A DNA stretch of 63,507 nucleotides from Candidatus Omnitrophota bacterium (GCA_043800065.1 JAZDNG010000039.1:1-63507), one strand, 5' to 3'. Positions 8,678 to 18,535 are shown, numbered from the stretch's first letter. Numbers and translations: made by a program. Notes: a model not told the origin generated them from the letters alone.

Positions 8678-9698
8678 GCTTAGCGATTTTGACTACGACC
8701 TTCCTAAGGAACTTATAGCGCAGTATCCCGCCGAATCAAGAGATTCCTCCCGAATGCTTGTGCTTGACCGAAGAAGCGGCAAAATCACGCACAAGACATT
8801 TTTGGATTTTCCCGGTTACGTTAAAAAAGATGACATATTGGTGCTCAATAATACCAAGGTTATGAATGTGAGATTGGTAGGCCGCAGGTTGACAGGCGGT
8901 CGCACCGAAATATTTCTTACAGAAAAAATTGAAAACAGAATATTCAAAGCGCTGCTTAAGCCGTCTTCCAGGATCAGAGAAAGAGACGAAGTAATATTTG
9001 AGGGTTCGAAATTAAAGGCGCGGATACTCGCAAAGAAGGAAGCTAATAACGTAGTGGAATTCATATATCCCGGCGGAAATATTGACGAAGAATTGGCGCG
9101 GATCGGCAGCGTGCCGCTGCCGCCTTACGTTAAAAGAAGCGCTGAGGAGATAGATAAGGAGAGATATCAAACCGTTTACGCCAGAGAAGAAGGGGCTCGG
9201 GCTGCACCGACGGCCGGTCTGCATTTTACAGAATGTACGCTTAAGGAAATATCTTCCAAAGGCGCTAAATTGGCCTATGTTACGCTTCATGTAAACTATG
9301 GTACATTTGCGCCTGTAAAGACGGAGGATGTTACAAAACATAAGATGCACATCGAAGAATTTCGGCTGGGAGGTAAAGAGGCCGATGATATAAACACTGT
9401 CAAAAAAAGCGGTGGCAGGGTGTTTGCCGTTGGAACGACCTCGGTTCGCGTGCTGGAGGCATGTGCCAGGGGCAATCAAGTTGAGCCGCAAAGCGGGAAA
9501 ACGGACATATTTATCTACCCGCCGTATGAGTTTAAAATAGTCGATGCGCTTCTGACAAATTTCCATTTTCCGAAATCAACTCTTCTGATGCTGGTAAGTG
9601 CATTTGTGGGCCGGGAATTGATTCTGAAAGCGTACAAGGAGGCAATCCGCGAGCGGTACCGATTTTTTTCCTATGGCGACTGCATGCTTATTATATAG
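8670..9698 (+). CDS. queA: S-adenosylmethionine:tRNA ribosyltransferase-isomerase QueA
   Basis: LSDFDYDLPKELIAQYP N-terminus, PLPPYV, GTTSVRVLE, FFSYGDCMLI C-terminus. Confidence 0.93.
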   Translation: MNKLSDFDYDLPKELIAQYPAESRDSSRMLVLDRRSGKITHKTFLDFPGYVKKDDILVLNNTKVMNVRLVGRRLTGGRTEIFLTEKIENRIFKALLKPSSRIRERDEVIFEGSKLKARILAKKEANNVVEFIYPGGNIDEELARIGSVPLPPYVKRSAEEIDKERYQTVYAREEGARAAPTAGLHFTECTLKEISSKGAKLAYVTLHVNYGTFAPVKTEDVTKHKMHIEEFRLGGKEADDINTVKKSGGRVFAVGTTSVRVLEACARGNQVEPQSGKTDIFIYPPYEFKIVDALLTNFHFPKSTLLMLVSAFVGRELILKAYKEAIRERYRFFSYGDCMLII

Positions 9699-9706
9699 CG
9701 GAAAAA

Positions 9707-11010
<1,304 letters not shown>

Positions 11011-11056
11011 CGGTCGCGATGACTCAAAAAATGACTAAACCAGGAAAGGAGCAAAA

Positions 11057-11356
11057 ATGACACCTCAACAGCCCACGCTTGGCCCTTTTATAGTAATGGG
11101 CCTAATATTTTTCATATTCTATTTTCTCATAATAAAACCACAGAGGCAAAAGGAAGCGGATCATCAGAAAACGCTGAAAGCGCTCAATAAAAACGATGAA
11201 GTAGTTACTATAGGCGGGATCTACGGCACTGTTATAAACGTAAAGGATACGAGCGTAGTCCTGCGCATAGCCGATAACATAAAGATAGAAGTGCAGAAGA
11301 ATGCTATAGCAGGCCTGCAAAAGACAACAACAGACGTAGCGATCGAACCGAAATAG
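11057..11356 (+). CDS. yajC: Preprotein translocase subunit YajC
   Basis: About 99 aa with one N-terminal TM segment. Contains KPQRQKEADHQKTLKALNKNDEVVTIGGIYG. Position after tgt is classic synteny. Confidence 0.88.
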   Translation: MTPQQPTLGPFIVMGLIFFIFYFLIIKPQRQKEADHQKTLKALNKNDEVVTIGGIYGTVINVKDTSVVLRIADNIKIEVQKNAIAGLQKTTTDVAIEPK

Positions 11357-11367
11357 TTTTAACAAAA

Positions 11368-11393
11368 GTAGGGGAGGTTTAAACCTCCCCTAC
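11368..11393. repeat. GTAG...CTAC 26-nt perfect palindrome (REP-like family, copy a)
   Basis: GTAGGGGAGGTTTAAACCTCCCCTAC, 12 nt after the yajC stop. Confidence 0.75.
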
Positions 11394-11410
11394 TTAGAGA
11401 GTATATAGTT

Positions 11411-13129
11411 ATGCCGCAGAAGATATGGCAAATACTGGAAGGCAATAAGGTATTACGCGAGAAGCTTGCGGAGGAGTGTGGTATCTCACCTGTTACCGCC
11501 CAGATTTTGATAAATCGCGGCATGAAAGAATCCTCCGAAGTAGACAGTTTCCTAAAGGCCGACATAAGCGGCCTTCACGACCCTTTTCTCATGAAAGATA
11601 TGGAAAAGGCCGTTCTCCGCATAAAGAAGGCTGTATCCAAGGGCGAAAAGGTGATGGTCTACGGAGATTACGATGTCGACGGCATAAGCGCCGTTGCTAT
11701 TCTCAAAAGAGTTTTGCGCGACATCGGCTGTAATGTAATATCATATATCCCCCACAGGGTGGAAGAAGGTTACGGTCTTAACAATGAGGCCGTTAAAATG
11801 GCCCACAACCGCGAAATATCACTTCTTATAACGGTTGACTGCGGCGTAAGCGGCAAAAAGGAAGTAGAATATCTTAATAAGCTGGGCATAACCACAATAA
11901 TAACCGACCATCATAAGATAGTGGAAGAATTTTTTCCATATAGCGCCTATGCCGTTATTAACCCACTCCAAAAAGACTGCAGCTATCCTTTTAAATATCT
12001 ATCCGGTGTGGCGGTCGCTTATAAACTTGCCCAAGCCCTGACGCGTGATTATGGCTATAACATAGAGCAGCACCTTGACCTTGTGGCGCTGGGGACTATT
12101 CAGGATATGGTGCCGCAATTGGGGGAAAACAGAATTCTTACCAGGCACGGTCTCGCGCGCATAAATGAGAGCAAAAAAAAGGGAATACACGCACTAATAG
12201 CGATAGCGGGCCTGAAAGGCAAGACGATATCCACAAGGCAGATAGGGTATATGCTGGGGCCGCGCATAAATGCTGTAGGCAGAGTCAGCTCTGCTGATCT
12301 GGCATTGCGGCTCTTAGTTACAGAAGACGAGGAAGAGGCCGGTAACCTGGCCGACGTTCTGGATTCCGAAAATCGCAACCGCCAGAAGATAGAGAGCACC
12401 ATCCTGACGGAAGCCGTAAACAGGGTGGAGAACGAAATAAATTTTAAAGACGATAAAGTAATCGTCTTGGAAAGCGATGATTGGCATCCGGGCGTCATAG
12501 GCATAGTTGCCTCAAGGATAGCCGAGCGTTTTTCGAGGCCTACTGTGATGATATCGTTTAACAAGAATGAAGGCAAGGGTTCGGGCCGCTCAGTAAGGAA
12601 TTTTCATCTTTTCGAGGCGCTTAACGAATGCCGCGATTTCCTTTCCGGTTTCGGCGGGCATGCCGATGCATGCGGCCTGAAGATCGCGCGTAAAAATCTG
12701 GACGAATTCAGATTAAAATTTAATACCGTTGCTTCCAAGATGCTGGAAAAAAGCGATTTTATGCCACACCTTGCTATAGATATGGAAATGCCACTAAATT
12801 TACTGAAGGAGAACGTGGTCCAGGAAATAGAAAGCCTCGCGCCGTACGGTCCGGGTAATCGCAGGCCCGTTCTTTTGTCGCGTAAGCTCAGGTTGAAAAG
12901 TAGGCCCATATTTCTGCGTCGTGAGGGCATAAAGATGTGGGTGACAGACAGCAACACGACATGCGAGGCAATAGGTTTCAGGCTTGGGGAGGCGACGGAT
13001 GAAATAATGGAAAGTTCCAGCCTGGATATTGCGTATACGCCGTCTTTGAATATGTGGAAGGATGCTATTACTTTGCAGCTTGAAATCGCAGACTTAAAGG
13101 TAAACCCCGTTAGAGAACGTATTCTCTAA
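11411..13129 (+). CDS. recJ: Single-stranded-DNA-specific exonuclease RecJ
   Basis: DHH motifs (VYGDYDVDGISA, ITVDCG, ITDHH) and a DHHA1 region with GGHADACG. Confidence 0.92.
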   Translation: MPQKIWQILEGNKVLREKLAEECGISPVTAQILINRGMKESSEVDSFLKADISGLHDPFLMKDMEKAVLRIKKAVSKGEKVMVYGDYDVDGISAVAILKRVLRDIGCNVISYIPHRVEEGYGLNNEAVKMAHNREISLLITVDCGVSGKKEVEYLNKLGITTIITDHHKIVEEFFPYSAYAVINPLQKDCSYPFKYLSGVAVAYKLAQALTRDYGYNIEQHLDLVALGTIQDMVPQLGENRILTRHGLARINESKKKGIHALIAIAGLKGKTISTRQIGYMLGPRINAVGRVSSADLALRLLVTEDEEEAGNLADVLDSENRNRQKIESTILTEAVNRVENEINFKDDKVIVLESDDWHPGVIGIVASRIAERFSRPTVMISFNKNEGKGSGRSVRNFHLFEALNECRDFLSGFGGHADACGLKIARKNLDEFRLKFNTVASKMLEKSDFMPHLAIDMEMPLNLLKENVVQEIESLAPYGPGNRRPVLLSRKLRLKSRPIFLRREGIKMWVTDSNTTCEAIGFRLGEATDEIMESSSLDIAYTPSLNMWKDAITLQLEIADLKVNPVRERIL

Positions 13130-13135
13130 CGGGGT
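13104..13135. terminator. CCCCGTTAGAGA palindrome overlapping the recJ stop; likely bidirectional terminator between convergent recJ and rpmB
   Basis: CCCCGTTAGAGAA-CGTA-TTCTCTAACGGGG (13-bp arms). The recJ TAA lies in the 3' arm. There is no T run. The same arms recur at 39596-39663, with a relative at 28052-28080. Confidence 0.55.
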
Positions 13136-13156
13136 AAATTTAATTTAAACGAGGTG

Positions 13157-13387
13157 TTAAACGGCTTTTTTTACCTTGCCGGCTTTCAAGCATTTGGTGC
13201 AGACCTTGACTCTCTTTATTTTACCTTTAATTAATGCCCTGACCATTTTAAGGTTGGGCAGGAAACGTCTTCGGCTTATACCAGTGATACGCTGGCCTAC
13301 GCCGCCCTTCTTTTTGGCCAAGCCTCTTCGTTTTATCGTGCGCCCGGCCACAGGCCCTTTGCCGCATATTTCACAAAATCTTGACAT
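13157..13387 (-). CDS. rpmB: 50S ribosomal protein L28
   Basis: Start trimmed to MSRFCEICGKGPVAGR (76 aa). Basic, with a typical L28 N-terminus. Confidence 0.88.
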   Translation of the reverse strand: MSRFCEICGKGPVAGRTIKRRGLAKKKGGVGQRITGISRRRFLPNLKMVRALIKGKIKRVKVCTKCLKAGKVKKAV

Positions 13388-13447
13388 TTTAAAAACTCCT
13401 TTTTTAGATCTTAAACAGGGATAGATATTACCATAGTCGTCGGATAT

Positions 13448-15535
13448 ATGCAAGAAAAAAAAGAATTGAAAGAGAAGAAAGTTCAATACCTAAAAGGGGT
13501 TGGGCCTAAGCGGGCCGAGCAGCTTGCAAGGCTTGGCATACATACCGTATCTGACCTTTTATATTACCTGCCGCGGCGTTACGAAGACAGACGCGAGATA
13601 ATTTCAATAAAGGACGTTCAGCCGGACAGGCTTCATACGATAAAAGGCAGGATAAAACGCCACGGTGTATGGAAGAGCAAAAAGGGTATGCTGATATATG
13701 AGATGGTGGTAGAAGACCAGACAGCCAATATCCACGCAGTCTGGTATAACCAGCCCTATCTGAAAAAATATTTTAAGCCGGGTGATGAGATAATACTTTA
13801 CGGGAAAGTAGAAAAGTTCAAGTATTTACAGATCACTCATCCGGATTATGAAGTCCTTAAGAGAGACGAAGAATCGCCCGATATCATAAATATGGGAAGG
13901 ATAGTCCCTATCTACCCTCTAACGCAGGATGTCTCGCAGAAATACCTGCGCTTACTTATCGACTATGCACTTGGGAGCAATATAAGTCTTATTAGTGACG
14001 CCATACCTACGCAGGTGAGAGCACGATGCCGGCTGGCGGATGTAAAGTTCGCCGTCAAAAATATGCATTTTCCGGTCAATTTTGAAAGCTTGAAGATGGC
14101 CGAGCGCCGCATTATTTTCGAAGAATTCTTCATGCTGGGGACGGCACTTGCCTTAATAAAGAAAGAAAGGGAAAAACGGGGCGAGGGCTTGGCTCACGAA
14201 GTAAAGGACGGACTATTTGGTGATTTTAAAAATATGCTTCCTTTCGAGTTGACCAAGGAACAAGAGGCCGCTATAAAAAACATAGAAGCCGATATGATAT
14301 CGCCCAGGCCGATGAACAGGCTTCTTGAGGGCGAAGTAGGAAGCGGCAAAACAGTCGTGGCTATGTACGCGCTCCTTTTGACCATAAAGAACGGTTTTCA
14401 AGGAGCTGTTATGGTGCCTACGGAGATATTGGCTCAGCAGCATTATCTGACTTTGAGCGAATTTTTTGTTTCTTTGGGCATAAACGTGCGTCTCTTGACA
14501 GGCAGTACTCCGGACGACGAGAAAGAGGCGATAAAAGATGAGATGAAAAGGGGTAAAGCCAATATAATTATCGGTACGCACAGCCTGATACAAGAAGGCG
14601 TATCTTTTGAAAAAATCGGCCTTCTGGTCATAGACGAACAGCATAAATTCGGGGTTTCCGAAAGAGCGCTCTTGAGGAAAAAGGGCATTAATGCGGATGT
14701 TTTGATCATGACCGCTACGCCGATACCGCGCACCCTGGCCCTGACAGTTTACGGTGACCTCGATATATCGGAAATAAGAGAACTGCCGGAAGGAAGAGAG
14801 GCTATTTCCACATATTGGGTGGAGGAAGAGAGGAAGGACAAAGTATATAAATTTGTTAGAGAAGAGATTGTATCGGGCCGCCAGGCGTATATAGTCTGCC
14901 CGCGCATAGAAGAAAGCAAAAATAGCGATCTTGTGTCCGCAAAAAAGGTGTATGGTGAGCTTGCCGAAAAGATATTTCCGGAATTTAAGACAGCGCTTAT
15001 ACACGGCAGGATGAAATCCGTAGAAAAAGAAAAAATAATGAAGGATTTCAAAAAGAATAAGATAAATATTCTTGTTTCAACGACAGTGATAGAAGTGGGC
15101 ATAGATATCCCGAACGCGACCGTTATGATTATAGAAAATGCTGACCGCTTCGGCCTAGCCCAACTTCATCAGCTGCGCGGGAGAATCGGGCGGGGCGGCC
15201 ACAAATCCTATTGTATCCTTATTTCGAACCCTGAAAACGAAGATGCGAAAAAGCGGCTTCAGGCATTTGAACAGATGCAGAGCGGTTTTGATCTCGCGGA
15301 AGAGGATTTTTCAATAAGAGGGCCGGGCCAGATGTTCGGTACAAGGCAGCATGGCCTTCCGGAAATAAGATTCGGCGACTTAAAAGAGGATAAGGCCATT
15401 CTTGAGCTTGCGCGGAAAGAGGCATTTGGGTTGGTAGCCAAAGATAGTGGCCTGCGCGACGAGCGTAACCGCAATCTCCGCGACGCCGTCATCGAGCGGT
15501 ATAAAGGCAAGATGCAGTTTCTGAGTGTAGGATAG
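13448..15535 (+). CDS. recG: ATP-dependent DNA helicase RecG
   Basis: Wedge/OB N-terminal domain. Helicase motifs GEVGSGKT, DEQHKFG, MTATPIPRT and QLHQLRGRIGRG. Confidence 0.93.
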   Translation: MQEKKELKEKKVQYLKGVGPKRAEQLARLGIHTVSDLLYYLPRRYEDRREIISIKDVQPDRLHTIKGRIKRHGVWKSKKGMLIYEMVVEDQTANIHAVWYNQPYLKKYFKPGDEIILYGKVEKFKYLQITHPDYEVLKRDEESPDIINMGRIVPIYPLTQDVSQKYLRLLIDYALGSNISLISDAIPTQVRARCRLADVKFAVKNMHFPVNFESLKMAERRIIFEEFFMLGTALALIKKEREKRGEGLAHEVKDGLFGDFKNMLPFELTKEQEAAIKNIEADMISPRPMNRLLEGEVGSGKTVVAMYALLLTIKNGFQGAVMVPTEILAQQHYLTLSEFFVSLGINVRLLTGSTPDDEKEAIKDEMKRGKANIIIGTHSLIQEGVSFEKIGLLVIDEQHKFGVSERALLRKKGINADVLIMTATPIPRTLALTVYGDLDISEIRELPEGREAISTYWVEEERKDKVYKFVREEIVSGRQAYIVCPRIEESKNSDLVSAKKVYGELAEKIFPEFKTALIHGRMKSVEKEKIMKDFKKNKINILVSTTVIEVGIDIPNATVMIIENADRFGLAQLHQLRGRIGRGGHKSYCILISNPENEDAKKRLQAFEQMQSGFDLAEEDFSIRGPGQMFGTRQHGLPEIRFGDLKEDKAILELARKEAFGLVAKDSGLRDERNRNLRDAVIERYKGKMQFLSVG

Positions 15536-15793
15536 TAATATTGATACTTCCCTCGCTCCAAGCGAAATTCTTAACGCTTCTCACTTTGTCAAAAAGTGCC
15601 CTTCGGGCACTCCCCCTTACGCGGAATAACCTGAGGGGCGGGGACGAAATAACTCGGGGGCATTGCCATGCCCCCTCATCCGGCACCATAGGTGCCGGAC
15701 CGCTCCGCGGACATATTTCGTCCTTTTATAAACCGCTTTTTGACTTGCTCGAAGCTAAATTTCGCAGTCGCTCGGGAAGGTATTAATATTACT
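15534..15793. repeat. About 260-nt rod-like inverted-repeat element 1 (structured RNA or MITE)
   Basis: Outer stem AGTAATATTGATACTTCCC / GGGAAGGTATTAATATTACT (about 19 bp). Nested pairings GCGAAATT/AATTTCGC, GTCAAAAAG/CTTTTTGAC, GGACGAAAT/ATTTCGTCC. GC-rich internal hairpins GTGCCC-TTCG-GGCAC, GGGGCAT-TGCC-ATGCCCC, CCGGCACC-ATAG-GTGCCGG. Confidence 0.6.
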
Positions 15794-15826
15794 TATTACC
15801 TGTAACAGATCAAGGTATGGTATAAT

Positions 15827-16071
15827 CGAACTTGGTGTTCCAGCGAGCGAATTAAAATTTTAGCCTTGAGCAAGCCGAAAATCGGTTTCTAAAAGGGCGG
15901 GCGCTGTCCGCTATCATATTAGAAGGTCTGCGGCCCCGACAAGGCGCCTTATTGCATAGTAGTCGGGGTGAGGCGGCACGGCAGTGCCAGCCGAGTTCGG
16001 CCGCCCCCGATTTTCGGCGCCAGCGAGAGGCGTTAAAAAATTTTACCTGAGCGAGCGGAACACCAAGTTCG
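15827..16071. repeat. About 245-nt rod-like inverted-repeat element 2 (diverged, inverted relative of element 1); candidate 5' leader of rsmD
   Basis: Outer stem CGAACTTGGTGTTCC / GGAACACCAAGTTCG (perfect 15 bp). Long-range GCCGAAAATCGG (15873-15884) pairs with CCGATTTTCGGC (16007-16018). Internal hairpins CCCCGAC/GTCGGGG and GGCAC-GGCA-GTGCC. TGGTATAAT (extended -10) lies immediately 5' at 15818-15826. Confidence 0.6.
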
Positions 16072-16082
16072 ACAAGGATAAT

Positions 16083-16640
16083 ATGCGAATCATAGCCGGA
16101 AAATACAGATCGAGATTGATAAGGAGCCCGAGGGTGGAAGGCGTCAGGCCGACCAAGGACCGCATAAGAGAAGCGCTTTTTAATATAATACGCGAATACA
16201 TCGAAGGCCGGGATGTGCTTGACCTTTTTGCGGGATCGGGCGCATTCGGCATAGAAGCTATATCGAGAGGAGCGAATAAAGCCGTTTTTGTAGATAGCCA
16301 AAGAGAATGCATCAAGGCTATAGAAGGTAATCTGAATATGCTCGAGGTAGAAAAGGATAGATTTGGCATAATAAAAATGGATGTCTTCAAGGCCGTAGAC
16401 AGTCTTATTGGCGCGGGAAAAAAGTTCGATATAATCCTAATGGACCCCCCTTATTACAAAGAGATGGCAAAAAAATGCTTGATTAAGCTGAGTGAGCGTG
16501 ATATACTAAACCCTCGTTGCGTAATTATGGCCGAACATCACAAAAAAGATATTTTGCCGCAGGAGATAGGCGGTATAACTTCTTATCGTAGCGCGTGTTA
16601 CGGCGATATTTGTCTTACATTTTACAAATCGAAAGAGTGA
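16083..16640 (+). CDS. rsmD: 16S rRNA (guanine966-N2)-methyltransferase RsmD
   Basis: Start trimmed to MRIIAGKYRSR. Contains RPTKDRIREALFNI, LDLFAGSGAFGIEAISRGA and the DPPY motif. Confidence 0.88.
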   Translation: MRIIAGKYRSRLIRSPRVEGVRPTKDRIREALFNIIREYIEGRDVLDLFAGSGAFGIEAISRGANKAVFVDSQRECIKAIEGNLNMLEVEKDRFGIIKMDVFKAVDSLIGAGKKFDIILMDPPYYKEMAKKCLIKLSERDILNPRCVIMAEHHKKDILPQEIGGITSYRSACYGDICLTFYKSKE

Positions 16641-16646
16641 CATCGC

Positions 16647-17132
16647 ATGAAAAGGATAGCAGTATACGCAGGAAGCTTTGACCCCATAACATATGGCCAT
16701 ATAGATATCATAGAGCGCGCCGGCCGCATATTTGATCGCGTTATAGTAGCAGTGGCGCATAATACCGAGAAGAAGCCGCTTTTTACGGTAAGCGAACGCG
16801 TCGCCATGTTAAAGAAGGCCGTCCGGCATATGCCCAATATAGAAATAGACGATTTTACGGGCCTCGCCGTTGATTATGTGGTGCATAAGAAAGCCAATGT
16901 GCTTATAAGGGGAATTCGCATGCTGTCCGATTTTGAATATGAATTTCAGATGGCCCTTACGAACCGCAAGATAAACGGCAGTGTGGAGACGATATTTTTA
17001 ATGCCGCATGAGTCGTATTCGTATCTTTCGAGCACCCTGATAAAAGAGGCCGCGTTATTGGGCGCCGATTTAAAGAGTTTTGTTCCGGATTTTATAGAAA
17101 AGGAACTTAAGAAGAAGCTCAGGAAAAGATAA
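16647..17132 (+). CDS. coaD: Phosphopantetheine adenylyltransferase CoaD
   Basis: IAVYAGSFDPITYGHIDII (HxGH-type) and ISSTLIKE near the C-terminus, about 160 aa. Confidence 0.93.
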   Translation: MKRIAVYAGSFDPITYGHIDIIERAGRIFDRVIVAVAHNTEKKPLFTVSERVAMLKKAVRHMPNIEIDDFTGLAVDYVVHKKANVLIRGIRMLSDFEYEFQMALTNRKINGSVETIFLMPHESYSYLSSTLIKEAALLGADLKSFVPDFIEKELKKKLRKR

Positions 17133-17137
17133 TAAAG

Positions 17138-18145
17138 ATGGATCCGATAAAGTTCATAAGAGATAAGGCAAAAAAAGATTTAAAGACGATAGTCTTATCC
17201 GAGCCTGGCGACGCCAGAGTTTTAGAGGCTGCCGTTACGGTAGCTAAAGAAAAAATTGCGAAAATAATTTTTCTGGGCGATATAGAGAATACGAGAAAAG
17301 GTCTGCGGAAATTCGGCGAGTATGACGAGGGTATGATAAAAATAATCGACCCGAAAACATCCGACATGATTAATAAACTGGCAAAAGACCTGTCCCAAAA
17401 GCGCCACAACAGGTACCCTGACGAACAATACGCAAAGAAGATATTGTTGGATAACTATGTATTTTTTGGGGCAATGATGACAGCAGATAACCTGGCGGAC
17501 GGATTTGTAGCCGGAGCCAGCCATACGACGAGCGACGTGGCAAGAGCGGCTATTCACTGCCTTGAAGTCGACGAGTCTATCGGCGTAGCCTCAGGTTCTT
17601 TTGTCATGTACATAGAAAACTCTCATTATGGCGACAACGGACTCTTCGTCTTTGCCGATTGCGGGTTATTACCGGACCCGAACCCGCGCCAATTAGCGGG
17701 AATAGCGGTATCCTCAGCAGAATTATACCGCCGGCTGTTTGACAAAGAGCCTTACGTAGCCATGCTCAGTTATTCCACAAAATCGAGCGCCCAGGGGCAG
17801 CTCGTAGATAAGGTGAAGAAGGGCGTAGAAGAGGCAAGAGTGCTGGCCCCGGATATTTTAATCGACGGTGAATTCCAGGCAGACAGTGCCCTTGACTACG
17901 AAGTGGCGAAGATAAAAACAAGCATGAAGGATAGCAAGGTGGCGGGAAAAGCGAATGTACTGATATTTCCGAATCTTGACAGCGGGAATATAAGTTATAA
18001 ACTGGTACAAAGACTGACCAATGCAAGGGCTGTAGGCCCCATCCTGCAGGGGCTGAAGAAACCGGCGAGCGATCTTTCAAGGGGATGTATAATAGACGAT
18101 ATCATAGATGCTGTCGCTATCACAGCGGTAAGAGCGCAGAATTAG
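17138..18145 (+). CDS. pta: Phosphate acetyl/butyryltransferase (short Pta type)
   Basis: 335 aa. Contains AGASHTTSDVARAAI, FADCG, PNLDSGNISYKL and GPILQGL, typical of the PTA_PTB family. Confidence 0.8.
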   Translation: MDPIKFIRDKAKKDLKTIVLSEPGDARVLEAAVTVAKEKIAKIIFLGDIENTRKGLRKFGEYDEGMIKIIDPKTSDMINKLAKDLSQKRHNRYPDEQYAKKILLDNYVFFGAMMTADNLADGFVAGASHTTSDVARAAIHCLEVDESIGVASGSFVMYIENSHYGDNGLFVFADCGLLPDPNPRQLAGIAVSSAELYRRLFDKEPYVAMLSYSTKSSAQGQLVDKVKKGVEEARVLAPDILIDGEFQADSALDYEVAKIKTSMKDSKVAGKANVLIFPNLDSGNISYKLVQRLTNARAVGPILQGLKKPASDLSRGCIIDDIIDAVAITAVRAQN

Positions 18146-18209
18146 CGATTAGCGGCTAGCGATTAGCGTCTAGTAGTATGCTAGACGCTAGACCCTAGAC
18201 GCTAGACGC
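18145..18209 (+). repeat. Heptamer-repeat long hairpin downstream of pta / upstream of rpmF
   Basis: The 5' arm (GCGATTA)(GCGGCTA)(GCGATTA)(GCGTCTA)G pairs with the 3' arm (CTAGACG)(CTAGACC)(CTAGACG)(CTAGACG)C over 29 positions, including 2 G:U pairs and 4 mismatches. It starts at the last base of the pta stop codon. Confidence 0.65.
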
Positions 18210-18231
18210 TGAACAGAAGGAAAAATAACAA

Positions 18232-18432
18232 ATGCCAAATCCAAAACGGAGACATTCAAAAGCAAGAGGTAGATGGAGAAGGACGCATTATAAAGCGGAT
18301 ATACCGAACCCCTCTACCTGTCCAAACTGTAAAAAATCGAAGCTACCTCACCGAATATGCCCTAATTGCGGATATTATAACGGCAGGCCGGTTGTACAGA
18401 TTAAGCAGAAAGAAAAGAAAAAGAAAAAATAA
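18232..18432 (+). CDS. rpmF: 50S ribosomal protein L32
   Basis: MPNPKRRHSKARGRWRRTH N-terminus and the CPNC...CPNCG zinc ribbon. Upstream of plsX (classic synteny). Confidence 0.92.
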   Translation: MPNPKRRHSKARGRWRRTHYKADIPNPSTCPNCKKSKLPHRICPNCGYYNGRPVVQIKQKEKKKKK

Positions 18433-18440
18433 TCATTTTT

Positions 18441-18512
18441 CGTATTGCGTCGTGCGTATTGAGTATTGCGTAACAGCGTGAACGCGATACACAATACGCG
18501 ATACACAATACG
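18441..18512 (+). repeat. Heptamer-repeat long hairpin between rpmF and plsX
   Basis: CGTATTGCGTCGTGCGTATTGAGTATTGCGT (5' arm) lies opposite ACGCGATACACAATACGCGATACACAATACG (3' arm). There are about 31 positions with several G:U pairs and mismatches. Confidence 0.6.
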
Positions 18513-18535
18513 GCATATGAAATAGGAGTAAATGG

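Noticed and set aside
11476-11733. 85-aa Arg/Lys-rich ORF overlapping the 5' end of recJ in another frame
   Set aside because: It is fully nested in a strongly supported CDS, with a composition-driven basic translation and no RBS.
15534-16071. Possibility that the structured recG-rsmD spacer encodes 6S RNA, RNase P RNA, tmRNA or SRP RNA
   Set aside because: I could not find the diagnostic strings: GGAAAGTCC-type P4 of RNase P, the tRNA-like GGGGCUGA...CCA ends and tag ORF of tmRNA, or the GGAAGCAGCC domain IV of SRP RNA. A rod with a central bubble is 6S-like, but two tandem inverted relatives of about 250 nt fit a repeat element better. Left as an open finding, not as a named RNA.
15541-16301. 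ORFs 15541-15786 (+), 15852-16301 (-) and the N-terminal extension of rsmD from 15984
   Set aside because: The region is explained by nested inverted repeats and GC hairpins. The translations are Arg/Gly/Pro/Ser-rich low-complexity with no family resemblance. rsmD has a canonical MRIIAGK start at 16083.
17138-18145. Interpreting pta as evidence of an acetate-kinase pathway island
   Set aside because: There is no ackA or buk neighbour in the window. The gene is co-directional and tightly packed with coaD and rsmD and has native-looking composition, so this is ordinary housekeeping context.
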